A stretch of 64,000 bases of DNA from a virus (Duplodnaviria; Caudoviricetes): positions 1 to 64,000 of IMG/VR virus record IMGVR_UViG_3300030330_003356; one strand, given 5' to 3'. The notes below the pieces were generated by a model. The model saw only the letters and a program-made list of their open reading frames with translations. It was not told the DNA's origin and made no database searches. Position numbers and translations under genes: made by a program. Each line of letters starts with the position of its first letter. Within the stretch, counting starts at the first letter, position 1. Positions 49,606-59,122 of the stretch are shown in pieces.

Positions 49606-49832
49606 TGCAAGACTGGGATGATTGGACTTATGAAGATGAGGACTTTGATCCAGACAAAACTTACATAGAGTTGCAGTTTGGCCCCCAAGATCTTTATCTA
49701 CTTTATAAATCAGTTTCCTTTCATGTTGAAAAATGGGCTGGAGGAAATCCAGAAGAACAAGAAAGAATTCAATATTTAAAAAACTTTTTGTATAGAATTG
49801 TTCTTGAATACAAGTTCAAAAACGAATCATAA
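49605..49832 (+). CDS. hypothetical protein (75 aa)
   Basis: ORF coupled to the uvsY stop. Confidence 0.7.
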   Translation: MQDWDDWTYEDEDFDPDKTYIELQFGPQDLYLLYKSVSFHVEKWAGGNPEEQERIQYLKNFLYRIVLEYKFKNES

Positions 49833-49855
49833 ATATTCACAGGTGATTAATCCCT

Positions 49856-51328
49856 GTGAATACAACAGATCTTGTAATCTCTAAATCTAACGAAGTATTT
49901 CTAAAAATCAATACTGAACCTCATATTGAATATGAGTTAAGAGATCATTTCAAATTTGAAGTCCCAAATGCCAAGTTCATGCCACAGTATCGTGGTAGAA
50001 ATTGGAATGGAGAAATTCATTTATATGACATGCGTTCCAAGCAGATCTATGTTGGACTTCTGGATAAGATTGTAAGTTTTTGTAAGAACTACGGATATTC
50101 TTATTCGTTTGAAAATAATAAATTCTACGGACAACCCTTTGAAGTAAATGATGAGATATCATTTGAGGGTGTCAAGGGATTTATGAAATCTATTTGTACT
50201 CATACTCCACGTCAATACCAAATTGAGGGAGTATACGATGCTTTAAAGCATAATAGAAAGCTATTGATAAGCCCCACTGGGAGCGGCAAATCTCTAATGA
50301 TTTATTCATTAGTGAGATATTATGTAGACAAAGGACAAAAAATTCTTCTTGTCGTTCCAACGACATCTCTTGTAGAGCAGATGTACAAGGATTTTGAGGA
50401 TTACGGTTGGGACGCTGAGACATATTGTCATAAGATTTACAGCGGTAAAGAGAAGGACACAACTTGTCCTGTGACAATTACCACCTGGCAATCTATCTAT
50501 AAGTTAGAAAGATCTTGGTTTGAAGAATATAATGTTGTAATTGGTGACGAGGCACATCTCTTCAAGAGTAAGTCTCTGATATCAATCATGACTAAACTTC
50601 ATCATGCTAAGTATAGATTTGGGTTTACAGGTACTTTAGACGGCACACAGACGCATAAATGGGTGCTTGAGGGAGTCTTTGGCCCTTCATATAAGGTGAC
50701 AAGAACTGATGAATTGATGAAGCAAGGACATCTCTCTGAGTTAGATATTCAGTGCCTTGTTCTTAAACATGATCCACAAAAGTTTGAAACATATAATGAT
50801 GAGATTGAATATCTAATCTCTCATGAACAAAGAAATAAATTTATTACCAATCTAACGTTAGATCTTAAAGGAAATACCCTTGTGCTTTTTGCAAGAGTCG
50901 AAGCACATGGAGAGATACTCTACAATCAGATAAATAAAAACAAGCGTGACAACCGTAAGGTATTTTTTGTACATGGTGGTGTAGACGCTGAAGAAAGGGA
51001 GGTAGTTCGAGAAATCACAGAAAGAGAAAACAATGCTATCATCGTTGCCTCTTATGGAACTTTTTCTACAGGTATCAATATTAAAAACCTCCATAATGTT
51101 ATCTTTGCCTCTCCAAGTAAGTCCAGAGTCAGAAATCTTCAGAGTATTGGACGAGTTCTTAGAAAAGGAAAAGACAAAGTAAAAGCAACTCTGTATGATA
51201 TTGCAGATGATTGTTCTACTAAAACAAGAAAGAATTATACGTTAAACCATCTCATTGAAAGAATTAAAATCTATAACGAAGAGAACTTTAACTATGATAT
51301 CATAACCATTCATTTAAAGAAAGCATGA
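49856..51328 (+). CDS. uvsW: SF2 DNA helicase UvsW
   Basis: SPTGSGKS, IGDEAH, GFTGT, LQSIGRVLR. Confidence 0.97.
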   Translation: MNTTDLVISKSNEVFLKINTEPHIEYELRDHFKFEVPNAKFMPQYRGRNWNGEIHLYDMRSKQIYVGLLDKIVSFCKNYGYSYSFENNKFYGQPFEVNDEISFEGVKGFMKSICTHTPRQYQIEGVYDALKHNRKLLISPTGSGKSLMIYSLVRYYVDKGQKILLVVPTTSLVEQMYKDFEDYGWDAETYCHKIYSGKEKDTTCPVTITTWQSIYKLERSWFEEYNVVIGDEAHLFKSKSLISIMTKLHHAKYRFGFTGTLDGTQTHKWVLEGVFGPSYKVTRTDELMKQGHLSELDIQCLVLKHDPQKFETYNDEIEYLISHEQRNKFITNLTLDLKGNTLVLFARVEAHGEILYNQINKNKRDNRKVFFVHGGVDAEEREVVREITERENNAIIVASYGTFSTGINIKNLHNVIFASPSKSRVRNLQSIGRVLRKGKDKVKATLYDIADDCSTKTRKNYTLNHLIERIKIYNEENFNYDIITIHLKKA

Positions 51329-51747
51329 TAGAAGATGATTTCTACGCAACAATTAAACTAAAGTCTGGTGAAGAAATCTTTGCCAAAGTAGCTGCTGAAG
51401 AAGAACCTGATAGAACTATTCTTGTAGTTTCTAATCCTGTTATTATTAAAGAAGTAAAAGGTAGAGTAGGAATAATTGGTTACAAGGTAGAACCTTGGTT
51501 AAAAACTACTACTGATGATATGTTCTTCATTAATTTAAATGATGTATTAACAATGTCTGAATCATGTGATATTGAAATGATACTCATGCATCAAGAATAT
51601 GTAAGAAAAGCAGATAGTGATCCTACATCTGGTTCTAGTAATCATAAACTTGATAAGAAGATGGGATATCTTGCTAATGTAAATGATGCAAGAGAGATAC
51701 TAGAAAAACTCTATAATAGTCCTTCTAATAAAGATATTAGTAATTAA
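51325..51747 (+). CDS. hypothetical protein (Sm-like N-terminus)
   Basis: FYATIKLKSGEEIFAKV; usual position between uvsW and gp55. Confidence 0.75.
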   Translation: MIEDDFYATIKLKSGEEIFAKVAAEEEPDRTILVVSNPVIIKEVKGRVGIIGYKVEPWLKTTTDDMFFINLNDVLTMSESCDIEMILMHQEYVRKADSDPTSGSSNHKLDKKMGYLANVNDAREILEKLYNSPSNKDISN

Positions 51748-51779
51748 GCTATAGCTGTCTCTTCAAACCCAACAAAGGT

Positions 51780-51808
51780 AGTCTACACAAGGTTTAGAGA
51801 CTTGTCAA
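51780..51808 (-). promoter_or_regulatory. antisense sigma70-like promoter
   Basis: Reverse complement TTGACA (51808-51803), N17, TAGACT (51785-51780). Confidence 0.55.
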
Positions 51809-51830
51809 GTATATGTCTTAGTGGTATACT
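51802..51830 (+). promoter_or_regulatory. sigma70-like promoter with extended -10 for gp55
   Basis: TTGTCA (51802-51807), N17, TG-g-TATACT (51822-51830). Confidence 0.7.
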
Positions 51831-51855
51831 TTATACATAATGATGAGATATAGTT

Positions 51856-52350
51856 ATGATACAACCAGGCATGACTAAGAGAAAAAGATCCGAACATTAT
51901 GTAAATAATAAGGAGTTCCTTGCTGCTCTGATTGCATATCGTGAAGAAAGAGAAATTGCAGAAGCAAAAGGACTTCCAAGGCCTATTATTCCCAGGTACA
52001 TTGGGGAGTGCTTCCTTAAGATCGCAACTCACTTATCATTCAAACCAAACTTCGTGAACTACATGTTCAAGGATGATATGGTTTCTGATGGTATTGAAAA
52101 CTGTGTGCAGTACATCCACAATTTCAATCCTGAGAAGTCTCAGAATCCTTTTGCATATTTCACACAAATTATTCATTACGCTTTCTTGAGACGAATTCAA
52201 AGAGAGAAGCGTCAACTAGAAATCAAGAACAAAATTCTGGAGAAGTCCGGGTACAGTGAGGTGTTTGACGACAACAACACCCTTGACGGATCGAACTACA
52301 GTGACTATAATTCCATCAAGGATGCAGTCCACTCTAAACTTCGTTATTGA
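51856..52350 (+). CDS. gp55: late-transcription sigma factor gp55
   Basis: HYVNNKEF, NPFAYFTQIIHYAFLRRIQREK. Confidence 0.97.
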   Translation: MIQPGMTKRKRSEHYVNNKEFLAALIAYREEREIAEAKGLPRPIIPRYIGECFLKIATHLSFKPNFVNYMFKDDMVSDGIENCVQYIHNFNPEKSQNPFAYFTQIIHYAFLRRIQREKRQLEIKNKILEKSGYSEVFDDNNTLDGSNYSDYNSIKDAVHSKLRY

Positions 52351-53390
52351 TGAAAGTTGCAATTATCACGGATCAACACTTTGGTGCCCGTAAGAATTCT
52401 AAACTCTTTCACAATTATTTTCTTAAATTCTATAACGATATCTTTTTTCCATATCTAGAAGAACATGGTATTACCACTGTTGTAGATATGGGAGATACCT
52501 TTGATAATCGCACAGGTATTAACTTTGGTTCTCTTGCGTGGGCAAAAGATAATTATTATGATCGCTTAGGTGTTATGGGCGTTCATGTTCATACGATTGT
52601 CGGTAATCACACTGCATATTACAAAAATACAAATGAAGTGAACGCAGTTGATCTGTTACTTCGTGAGTATCATAATGTTTCAGTGTATTCTTCACCTGAA
52701 GAAGTAATGCTGGATAATTTAAAAGTTCTCTTTATACCATGGATCAATGAAGAAAATTCTAAAAGTACTTTCTTATCTATTGAAAATACAGATAGCACAT
52801 GCGCGATGGGGCACCTTGAATTACGCGGATTTAGAGCTCATCGCGGATGCGTCATGGAGCATGGTTTTGAGAGCGACTTATTTAAGAAGTTCACCAAGGT
52901 GTTCTCGGGACACTACCACACTCGATCAGATGATCAAAAGATCTTCTATCTAGGCAACCCCTATGAGATGTTCTGGAATGATGTTGGAGACACCAGAGGA
53001 TTTACTATTTTTGATACTGAAACTCTAGAGCACACACATGTAAACAATCCATATCGGATGTTCTATAACATCTATTATGAAGATACTGATTATCAAACTT
53101 TTGATGCCAGAGAATATGAGAACAAGATCGTAAAAGTTATTGTTCGTAAAAAATCAAACAGTAAGAAGTTTGAGAAGTTTGTTGATAAGTTGTATTCTGT
53201 TGGTGTTGCTGATCTCAAGACTGTAGAAAACTTTGAAGTTGGTGATCCTGAAGAGTTTGAAGCTTTTGAATCTGAAGACACACTTTCTATTTTGAATAGA
53301 TATATCCAAGAAGCAGAAATCAATCTTGATAAGTCTGTTCTGCAGGATATTATGAGAACAACATATCAGGAGGCGTGTGAGTTAATTTAA
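52350..53390 (+). CDS. gp47: recombination endonuclease subunit gp47 (Mre11/SbcD-like)
   Basis: IITDQHFG, GDTFD, VGNH, GHLE, SGHYH metallophosphoesterase motifs. Confidence 0.96.
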   Translation: MKVAIITDQHFGARKNSKLFHNYFLKFYNDIFFPYLEEHGITTVVDMGDTFDNRTGINFGSLAWAKDNYYDRLGVMGVHVHTIVGNHTAYYKNTNEVNAVDLLLREYHNVSVYSSPEEVMLDNLKVLFIPWINEENSKSTFLSIENTDSTCAMGHLELRGFRAHRGCVMEHGFESDLFKKFTKVFSGHYHTRSDDQKIFYLGNPYEMFWNDVGDTRGFTIFDTETLEHTHVNNPYRMFYNIYYEDTDYQTFDAREYENKIVKVIVRKKSNSKKFEKFVDKLYSVGVADLKTVENFEVGDPEEFEAFESEDTLSILNRYIQEAEINLDKSVLQDIMRTTYQEACELI

Positions 53391-53668
53391 TGTTTATTCT
53401 AACTGTAGAGGGAAAGGAAGATAAGGGAGCGTATTCCGTAGTAAATGAAACGGGAGATAAGATTTTGTATCTCTTTGAAGAAGAGGATGACGCTACTCGA
53501 TATGCTATGCAGTTAGAAGATGAGCATGGATATCCTGAAATGAATATTATCGAAGTAGAAGACGATATAATGCTTAAGACATGCCACATTCATGAGTGTG
53601 AGTATGCTATAATTTCTAAGAACGACATCGTAGTGCCGCCAGAGACTGAAGAGTATGATTTTATTTGA
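53390..53668 (+). CDS. DUF3110-like hypothetical protein
   Basis: LFEEEDDATRYAMQLE resembles the cyanobacterial DUF3110 core as I recall it. Confidence 0.6.
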   Translation: MFILTVEGKEDKGAYSVVNETGDKILYLFEEEDDATRYAMQLEDEHGYPEMNIIEVEDDIMLKTCHIHECEYAIISKNDIVVPPETEEYDFI

Positions 53669-55364
53669 AAAAATTCGTTGGAAGAACTTTCTTTCTACGG
53701 GTAATCATTGTACTGAAGTCGAATTAAACAAGAATGGCAACACAATGATTATCGGCACCAATGGTGCTGGTAAGTCTACTATTCTTGATGCCCTTACATT
53801 CTCTCTTTTTGGTAAGGCATTTCGTAAAATCAACAAACCACAACTGATCAACACAACTAACGAGAAAGATTGTGTTGTAGAAGTTGAGTTTTCTATTAGT
53901 AATATTTCTTGGAAAGTCGTCCGTGGCATTAAACCTGCCATTTTCAAGATTTATCGTAATGGTGAAGAACTGAATCAAGACGCTGCAGCACTAGATCAGC
54001 AGAAATGGCTGGAGCAGAACGTCTTGAAGATGAATTATAAGTCTTTTACACAGATTGTTATCCTTGGAAGCAGCACATTTGTGCCCTTTATGCAGCTTTC
54101 AGCAGCAAATCGACGTGATGTTATCGAAGATTTGCTCGATATCAAGATTTTTTCGTCCATGAATACAGTAATTAAGAGCAAAATTAGTGCTCTTAAGGAC
54201 GAAGTTAAGACTCTGACACTCAAAAAAGAGTCTCTGAGTGACAAAGTTGACATGCAAAGTCGCTTTATCGACGAGTTGGAGTCCCAAGGTAAGGAAAATA
54301 TTGCCAAAAAGAAGGAAAAAGTCTCTGAACAGACAAAACTGATCAGTCTTTACAATAAAGAGGTGTCTTTGAACCAAGAAAAGGTGCAAAAACAACTTGT
54401 AGAGCAAGAAAAAGTGACTGGAGCTACCGAAAAACTCCGCAAAATGAGTGGGTTGAGGGGGAAAATCACTCAAAAAGCGTCTACGATCATGAAAGATCAT
54501 AAGTTTTTTAACGAAAATACGGTTTGTCCCACCTGTACGCAGTCGATTGATGAGGATTTCCGCATAAATAAGATTAACGACGCTCAAAATGTAGCGAAAG
54601 AGTTGCAATCTGGTTTGCAAGAACTGGATGAGGCAATTAATGAAGAACAGGAGCGAGAGCGTCAATTTCTTGCCCTATCGAAGGAGATTTCTAAACTACA
54701 GAATGAGATTTCTCAAGACAATGTTCGGATTTCTGGATGTCAGCGACAAATCAGAAGTCTGGAATCGGAAGTTCAAGAGCTTACCGAGCAACTTGCAAAC
54801 CGAAATACTGAACATGAGAAGCTAGAAACCTTCAAAGACAACTTAAGAACCACATTTGACGATTTAGCGTCGAGAAAGGACACGATCAACTACTACGATT
54901 TTTCGTATAGTCTACTTAAAGACGGTGGAGTCAAGACAAAGATCATCAAGAAGTATTTGCCGCTGATTAATCAGCAAGTGAACCGTTATCTGCAGATGAT
55001 GGACTTCTATATTAACTTTACTCTCGATGAAGAGTTTAACGAAACCGTCCAGTCCCCGATACATGAGGACTTTTCCTATTCTTCTTTCAGCGAGGGAGAG
55101 AAGATGAGAATCGACTTAGCACTTTTGTTTACCTGGAGAGAAGTAGCAAGGATGAAAAACTCTGTCAACACTAACTTACTCATCATGGATGAAGTGTTTG
55201 ACAGTTCTCTCGATGGATTTGGAACAGATGAGTTCCTTAAGATTATTAGATTTGTTATCAAGGATGCAAATATCTTTGTTATCTCTCACAAAGAGTCTTT
55301 GTTTGACAAATTCGAGAATGTAATTAAGTTTGAGAAAGTTAAAGGATTCTCAAGAATTGTGTAA
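53655..55364 (+). CDS. gp46: recombination endonuclease ATPase subunit gp46 (Rad50/SbcC-like)
   Basis: GTNGAGKST, CPTC zinc hook, FSEGEKMR signature, LIMDEVFD. Confidence 0.97.
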   Translation: MILFEKIRWKNFLSTGNHCTEVELNKNGNTMIIGTNGAGKSTILDALTFSLFGKAFRKINKPQLINTTNEKDCVVEVEFSISNISWKVVRGIKPAIFKIYRNGEELNQDAAALDQQKWLEQNVLKMNYKSFTQIVILGSSTFVPFMQLSAANRRDVIEDLLDIKIFSSMNTVIKSKISALKDEVKTLTLKKESLSDKVDMQSRFIDELESQGKENIAKKKEKVSEQTKLISLYNKEVSLNQEKVQKQLVEQEKVTGATEKLRKMSGLRGKITQKASTIMKDHKFFNENTVCPTCTQSIDEDFRINKINDAQNVAKELQSGLQELDEAINEEQERERQFLALSKEISKLQNEISQDNVRISGCQRQIRSLESEVQELTEQLANRNTEHEKLETFKDNLRTTFDDLASRKDTINYYDFSYSLLKDGGVKTKIIKKYLPLINQQVNRYLQMMDFYINFTLDEEFNETVQSPIHEDFSYSSFSEGEKMRIDLALLFTWREVARMKNSVNTNLLIMDEVFDSSLDGFGTDEFLKIIRFVIKDANIFVISHKESLFDKFENVIKFEKVKGFSRIV

Positions 55365-55478
55365 TTTAACTAAAACTTCATTAAGTTAGCATACGATGAC
55401 TAGATAGTATAGAATTGGAGATAAGGTTATGAATTGAAATTTAATTCTATATTATTTGATATTGTAATAGGTAAAATT

Positions 55479-55661
55479 ATGCACAATCTAATTTCACATA
55501 ATCAGTTAGCGGGTTGGAAGCAAAGTATTGAACGTTTGACTCACACATTAGATCGTACACTAGAAGAATCTGATCTAATAAACGATTACTACGACTGTCT
55601 AATTGAATGTGATGGAGATCAGGCGACATGTAAACGAGTTTGTAGGAGCATTCTTTCATAA
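55479..55661 (+). CDS. small protein with C-x3-C-x6-C-x3-C motif (60 aa)
   Basis: ATG at 55479 after AGGT; ends YYDCLIECDGDQATCKRVCRSILS. Confidence 0.7.
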   Translation: MHNLISHNQLAGWKQSIERLTHTLDRTLEESDLINDYYDCLIECDGDQATCKRVCRSILS

Positions 55662-55681
55662 CCAACTGTAGACACATAGGA

Positions 55682-55727
55682 AACTGTCACTGAGGGCCCT
55701 CACCGAAAGGTGGGGGTTTAGTATTAT
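55682..55727 (+). promoter_or_regulatory. AACTGTCAC motif, GAAA hairpin and -10 box upstream of the VWA gene
   Basis: AACTGTCAC (55682-55690), CCCTCACC-GAAA-GGTGGGGG hairpin (55697-55716), TATTAT (55722-55727). Confidence 0.55.
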
Positions 55728-55749
55728 ATGGGCATCAAAGGGAGATCAC

Positions 55750-57837
55750 ATGCCAGTTCAACAGGAAATCAAGTCTCAACTTGCTAAACTCCTTGCCACT
55801 GAAGATTTGGTGGTTGAGCACCGTAAAGTTGCCACTGCTCAGTTTGATGTTCATAAGCGTGTGTTGACACTTCCGATGTGGGAGAGTGCAAGCAATACTG
55901 TCTACGATCTTCTTGTAGGACATGAAGTCGGACATGCTCTCTTCACTCCTGACGAAGATCCACCGAAAGGTGTTCCTCACTCATTCATTAACATTGTTGA
56001 GGATGCTCGCATTGAGAAGTTGATGAAGCGTAAGTATCCTGGAATGAGTAAGACATTCTACAAAGGATATAGTGAGATGAATGATGATGATTTCTTCTCA
56101 ATCATTGATGAAGATCTCAGTGCAATGAATCTTGCTGATCGAGTAAACCTTTATTTCAAGATTGGCAACTTCGTTGATATTGAGTTCAATGAAGAGGAGA
56201 TGAATATTATTCGTCTGATTGCAGATTGTGAGACTTTTGAAGATGTTGGTGAAGCAGCAAAAGTTCTCTACAAATATTGTAAGAAAGAAGTTGAGAATGA
56301 AACTCAAAATATCGATGCCTCACAATCTGAGCAGCAATCGCAAGAAGAGCAGGAAGAACAGAGTTCTGAGTCTAAACCAGACGGTATGATGGAGGAAACC
56401 TCTGAAGAGGGTACAAATACTGACGATAGTATTGAAGAACCAGAGGTTCAAACTGCTGATGCATTGTCTGAAGCAATTGATCAGTTGGCTCAAAACTCTG
56501 ATGGTATTGAGAACGTTTATGTTGAGATTCCGAAAGTAAATCTAGATACGATTATCGTCAGTAACGATATGGTTCATCAATACGTTGATCATATCTTTGA
56601 TCGTCAAGAACGTGCTGGACTTGAAATGGATATGAAAATCTTTGAGGAGTGTGATAAAGAATACATTCAGTTCAAGCGCACGGCGCAGAAAGAAGTCAAC
56701 TACCTGGTGAAAGAGTTTGAATGCAAGAAAGCTGCAGACTCGTATGCTCGTGCCACAACATCTCGCACTGGTGTTCTTGATTGCACTAAACTTCACACCT
56801 ACAAGTACAATGAAGATCTTTTTCGCAAGGTAACAACTCTTGCAGACGGTAAGAACCACGGACTCGTGTTTTTGCTTGATTGGAGTGGTTCAATGCAATA
56901 CACTCTTCTTGATACTTGTAAGCAGATGTTTAACCTTCTGTGGTTCTGTAAGAAAGTTGGAATTCCTTTTGACGTTTATGCTTTCACTAATGAATGGAGT
57001 GACGGAAATGAAGAGGGTTATTATCATGAAAGTGTAGATCATTATGAGAAGAAAGAAAACCTTCTCTGTGTTCCAAATGATTTCAACCTTCTCAACATTC
57101 TTACCAGCAAAGTATCTGCCAAAGATCTAGAGCACCAGATGATCAATATTTGGCGTCATGCTGCTGCTTTCTGCAGGATTTATCGCTGTTCTTATACTTG
57201 GGGTAGGAAGATGACTCTTTCGGGGACTCCTTTGAATGAAGCACTCGTATCTCTTCATCAGATTCTCCCTAAGTTTCAACGTGAAAATAAACTGCAGAAA
57301 GTTCAGTGTGTGGTTCTGACTGATGGTGAAGCATGTCCTCTCAGCCGTCACAAACTGATCAAGCGTTATTGGGAGAATGATGCTGAGTTCTTGGGACATG
57401 CACGTCACGATTATTGGAAGACTATTCTTCGTGATCGTAAGACTGGTAACATGTACAGTTTTGAGAATGGAGGTTTCAATGGTTTCTCTGACGTGATGTT
57501 GAATAATCTGAAGGATAATTTTCCTACAGTAAACTTCATTGGTATTCGTTTGCTTGCACCTCGCGATGCTAATGGGTTTATCAAGTTGTATAGTGATGAA
57601 CGCAACGAAATCGAGAAACTGCAGACTGAGTGGAAGAAATCAAAGTCTTTTGTAATTCGCAACTCTGGATATGATGCATATTTTGGTATGTCTTGTGCTG
57701 CTCTCGCTCAAGATGTTGAGTTTGATGTTGATGAGGGTGCAACTAAATCTAAGATCAAGTCAGCATTCGTTAAAAGTTTGAAGACTAAGAAACTAAATAA
57801 AAAAGTATTGGGAGAGTTTATCTCTCTGGTGGCATGA
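55750..57837 (+). CDS. CobT-like protein: N-terminal HExxH metallopeptidase-like domain plus C-terminal VWA domain
   Basis: GHEVGHALF, NIVEDARIE, MIDAS FLLDWSGSM, SGTPLNEA, VLTDGEA. Confidence 0.88.
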   Translation: MPVQQEIKSQLAKLLATEDLVVEHRKVATAQFDVHKRVLTLPMWESASNTVYDLLVGHEVGHALFTPDEDPPKGVPHSFINIVEDARIEKLMKRKYPGMSKTFYKGYSEMNDDDFFSIIDEDLSAMNLADRVNLYFKIGNFVDIEFNEEEMNIIRLIADCETFEDVGEAAKVLYKYCKKEVENETQNIDASQSEQQSQEEQEEQSSESKPDGMMEETSEEGTNTDDSIEEPEVQTADALSEAIDQLAQNSDGIENVYVEIPKVNLDTIIVSNDMVHQYVDHIFDRQERAGLEMDMKIFEECDKEYIQFKRTAQKEVNYLVKEFECKKAADSYARATTSRTGVLDCTKLHTYKYNEDLFRKVTTLADGKNHGLVFLLDWSGSMQYTLLDTCKQMFNLLWFCKKVGIPFDVYAFTNEWSDGNEEGYYHESVDHYEKKENLLCVPNDFNLLNILTSKVSAKDLEHQMINIWRHAAAFCRIYRCSYTWGRKMTLSGTPLNEALVSLHQILPKFQRENKLQKVQCVVLTDGEACPLSRHKLIKRYWENDAEFLGHARHDYWKTILRDRKTGNMYSFENGGFNGFSDVMLNNLKDNFPTVNFIGIRLLAPRDANGFIKLYSDERNEIEKLQTEWKKSKSFVIRNSGYDAYFGMSCAALAQDVEFDVDEGATKSKIKSAFVKSLKTKKLNKKVLGEFISLVA

Positions 57838-57971
57838 ACTGGAAAGAAATAGCACTACAGATGGAAACCGATCCTAAGGTTCGGAAGGTTCTCCTTGAAG
57901 GGCCGCGAAGTCTTGCTCAAGCGTGGATGTTGCAAGCAATGAAGTTCAAGTATGGACGATTTGCAAAGTGA
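57834..57971 (+). CDS. small hypothetical protein (45 aa, not in ORF track)
   Basis: ATGA overlap with the VWA gene stop; MNWKEIALQMETDPKVRKVLLEGPRSLAQAWMLQAMKFKYGRFAK. Confidence 0.65.
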   Translation: MNWKEIALQMETDPKVRKVLLEGPRSLAQAWMLQAMKFKYGRFAK

Positions 57972-57976
57972 ACACC

Positions 57977-58011
57977 AGGGGGGCAGCGCCCCCCTTTTTT
58001 GTGTGTATAAT
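57977..58011 (+). terminator. terminator-like hairpin and T-run directly followed by TATAAT
   Basis: GGGGGC-AGC-GCCCCC stem, T-tract, TATAAT at 58006-58011. Confidence 0.6.
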
Positions 58012-58034
58012 AAGCAGGTAAACAACAAAGGCAC

Positions 58035-59111
58035 ATGGCACTCTCCAAAGAAAGCATCATCGATTGTCTCCGTGAATCCTATGGTGAGTCGGTGACTTCT
58101 GCCGAGATCAAGGCATTCTGTCAGATGAATGACTTCAACTATCAAACTATCACTAACAAACTGACTGATTTCAAAGTCGGACGTGGTAAGTGGAACCTTG
58201 AAGTAACTAAAGAAACAGTTCAAGAACTGGAAGTAACTTACAATGCTCCTGCAGCGATGCCTGCAGTTGAACAAAACCTTATTCCTCAGAAAGATGATTC
58301 CTTCGTCCGCTTTGGTAATTTCGCAGATATTAAAAAAGTTATTCAGTCCGGCGTATTCTACCCTACGTTCATCACGGGCTTGTCGGGCAATGGTAAAACG
58401 TTTTCTGTCGAGCAAGCGTGTGCCCAACTCGGACGCGAACTCATCCGTGTAAACATTACAATCGAAACCGATGAAGATGATCTTATTGGCGGTTTCCGCC
58501 TTGTTGATGGCAACACCGTCTGGCACAATGGCCCAGTCATTGAAGCACTCGAACGAGGAGCTGTTCTGCTCCTTGACGAGATCGACCTCGCTTCTAACAA
58601 AATTCTCTGTCTCCAATCTATCCTTGAGGGGAAAGGAGTTTTCCTTAAAAAAGTCGGACGATGGGTTTCTCCTGCAAGTGGATTCAACGTCATTGCCACA
58701 GCCAACACTAAGGGTAAGGGTTCAGACGACGGACGATTCATTGGAACTAACGTGCTCAACGAAGCCTTCCTAGAGCGTTTCCCTATCACTTTTGAACAGG
58801 AATATCCTACTGCTGCCATTGAAACCAAGATTCTGAACAAACTCTCTGATGATGCTGAGTTTTGTAAGCGTCTTGCTGATTGGGCAGACATTATCCGTAA
58901 AACCTTCTATGATGGCGGTATCGAAGAGATCATCAGCACTCGTCGTCTGGTTCACATTATCAAGGCATACAACATCTTTGGTGACAAGGCTAAGGCGATT
59001 AGTGTCTGTGTGAATCGTTTCGATGATGAAACTAAGCAAGCATTCCTTGAACTCTATGACAAGGTTGATGTTGATTTTGAAATGCCCGTTGACGAAACCA
59101 CTATCTCTTGA
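58035..59111 (+). CDS. cobS: MoxR-family AAA+ ATPase (phage 'CobS')
   Basis: GLSGNGKT Walker A, LLLDEID Walker B, IATANTKG, NEAFLERF. Confidence 0.92.
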   Translation: MALSKESIIDCLRESYGESVTSAEIKAFCQMNDFNYQTITNKLTDFKVGRGKWNLEVTKETVQELEVTYNAPAAMPAVEQNLIPQKDDSFVRFGNFADIKKVIQSGVFYPTFITGLSGNGKTFSVEQACAQLGRELIRVNITIETDEDDLIGGFRLVDGNTVWHNGPVIEALERGAVLLLDEIDLASNKILCLQSILEGKGVFLKKVGRWVSPASGFNVIATANTKGKGSDDGRFIGTNVLNEAFLERFPITFEQEYPTAAIETKILNKLSDDAEFCKRLADWADIIRKTFYDGGIEEIISTRRLVHIIKAYNIFGDKAKAISVCVNRFDDETKQAFLELYDKVDVDFEMPVDETTIS

Positions 59112-59117
59112 TATACT
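59089..59117 (+). promoter_or_regulatory. sigma70-like promoter with extended -10 for the clamp operon
   Basis: TTGACG (59089-59094), N17, TG-a-TATACT (59109-59117). Confidence 0.65.
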
Positions 59118-59122
59118 AAACT

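Noticed and set aside
37907-55364. Inteins or introns in gp17, gp20, gp23, UvsW, gp46, gp47
   Set aside because: The ORFs are continuous and of ordinary length, with no intein splice motifs or LAGLIDADG/HNH inserts seen.
55365-55394. Possible Pho-box-like direct repeat (TTTAACTA-N3-CTTCATTA-N3-TAGCATAC)
   Set aside because: Only the first unit fits the cyanobacterial consensus well, so a chance match in AT-rich DNA is likely.
58035-59111. Reading cobS/cobT as cobalamin-biosynthesis auxiliary metabolic genes
   Set aside because: There is no CobN or other cobalamin gene in the window, and the motifs only support a generic MoxR/VWA pair.
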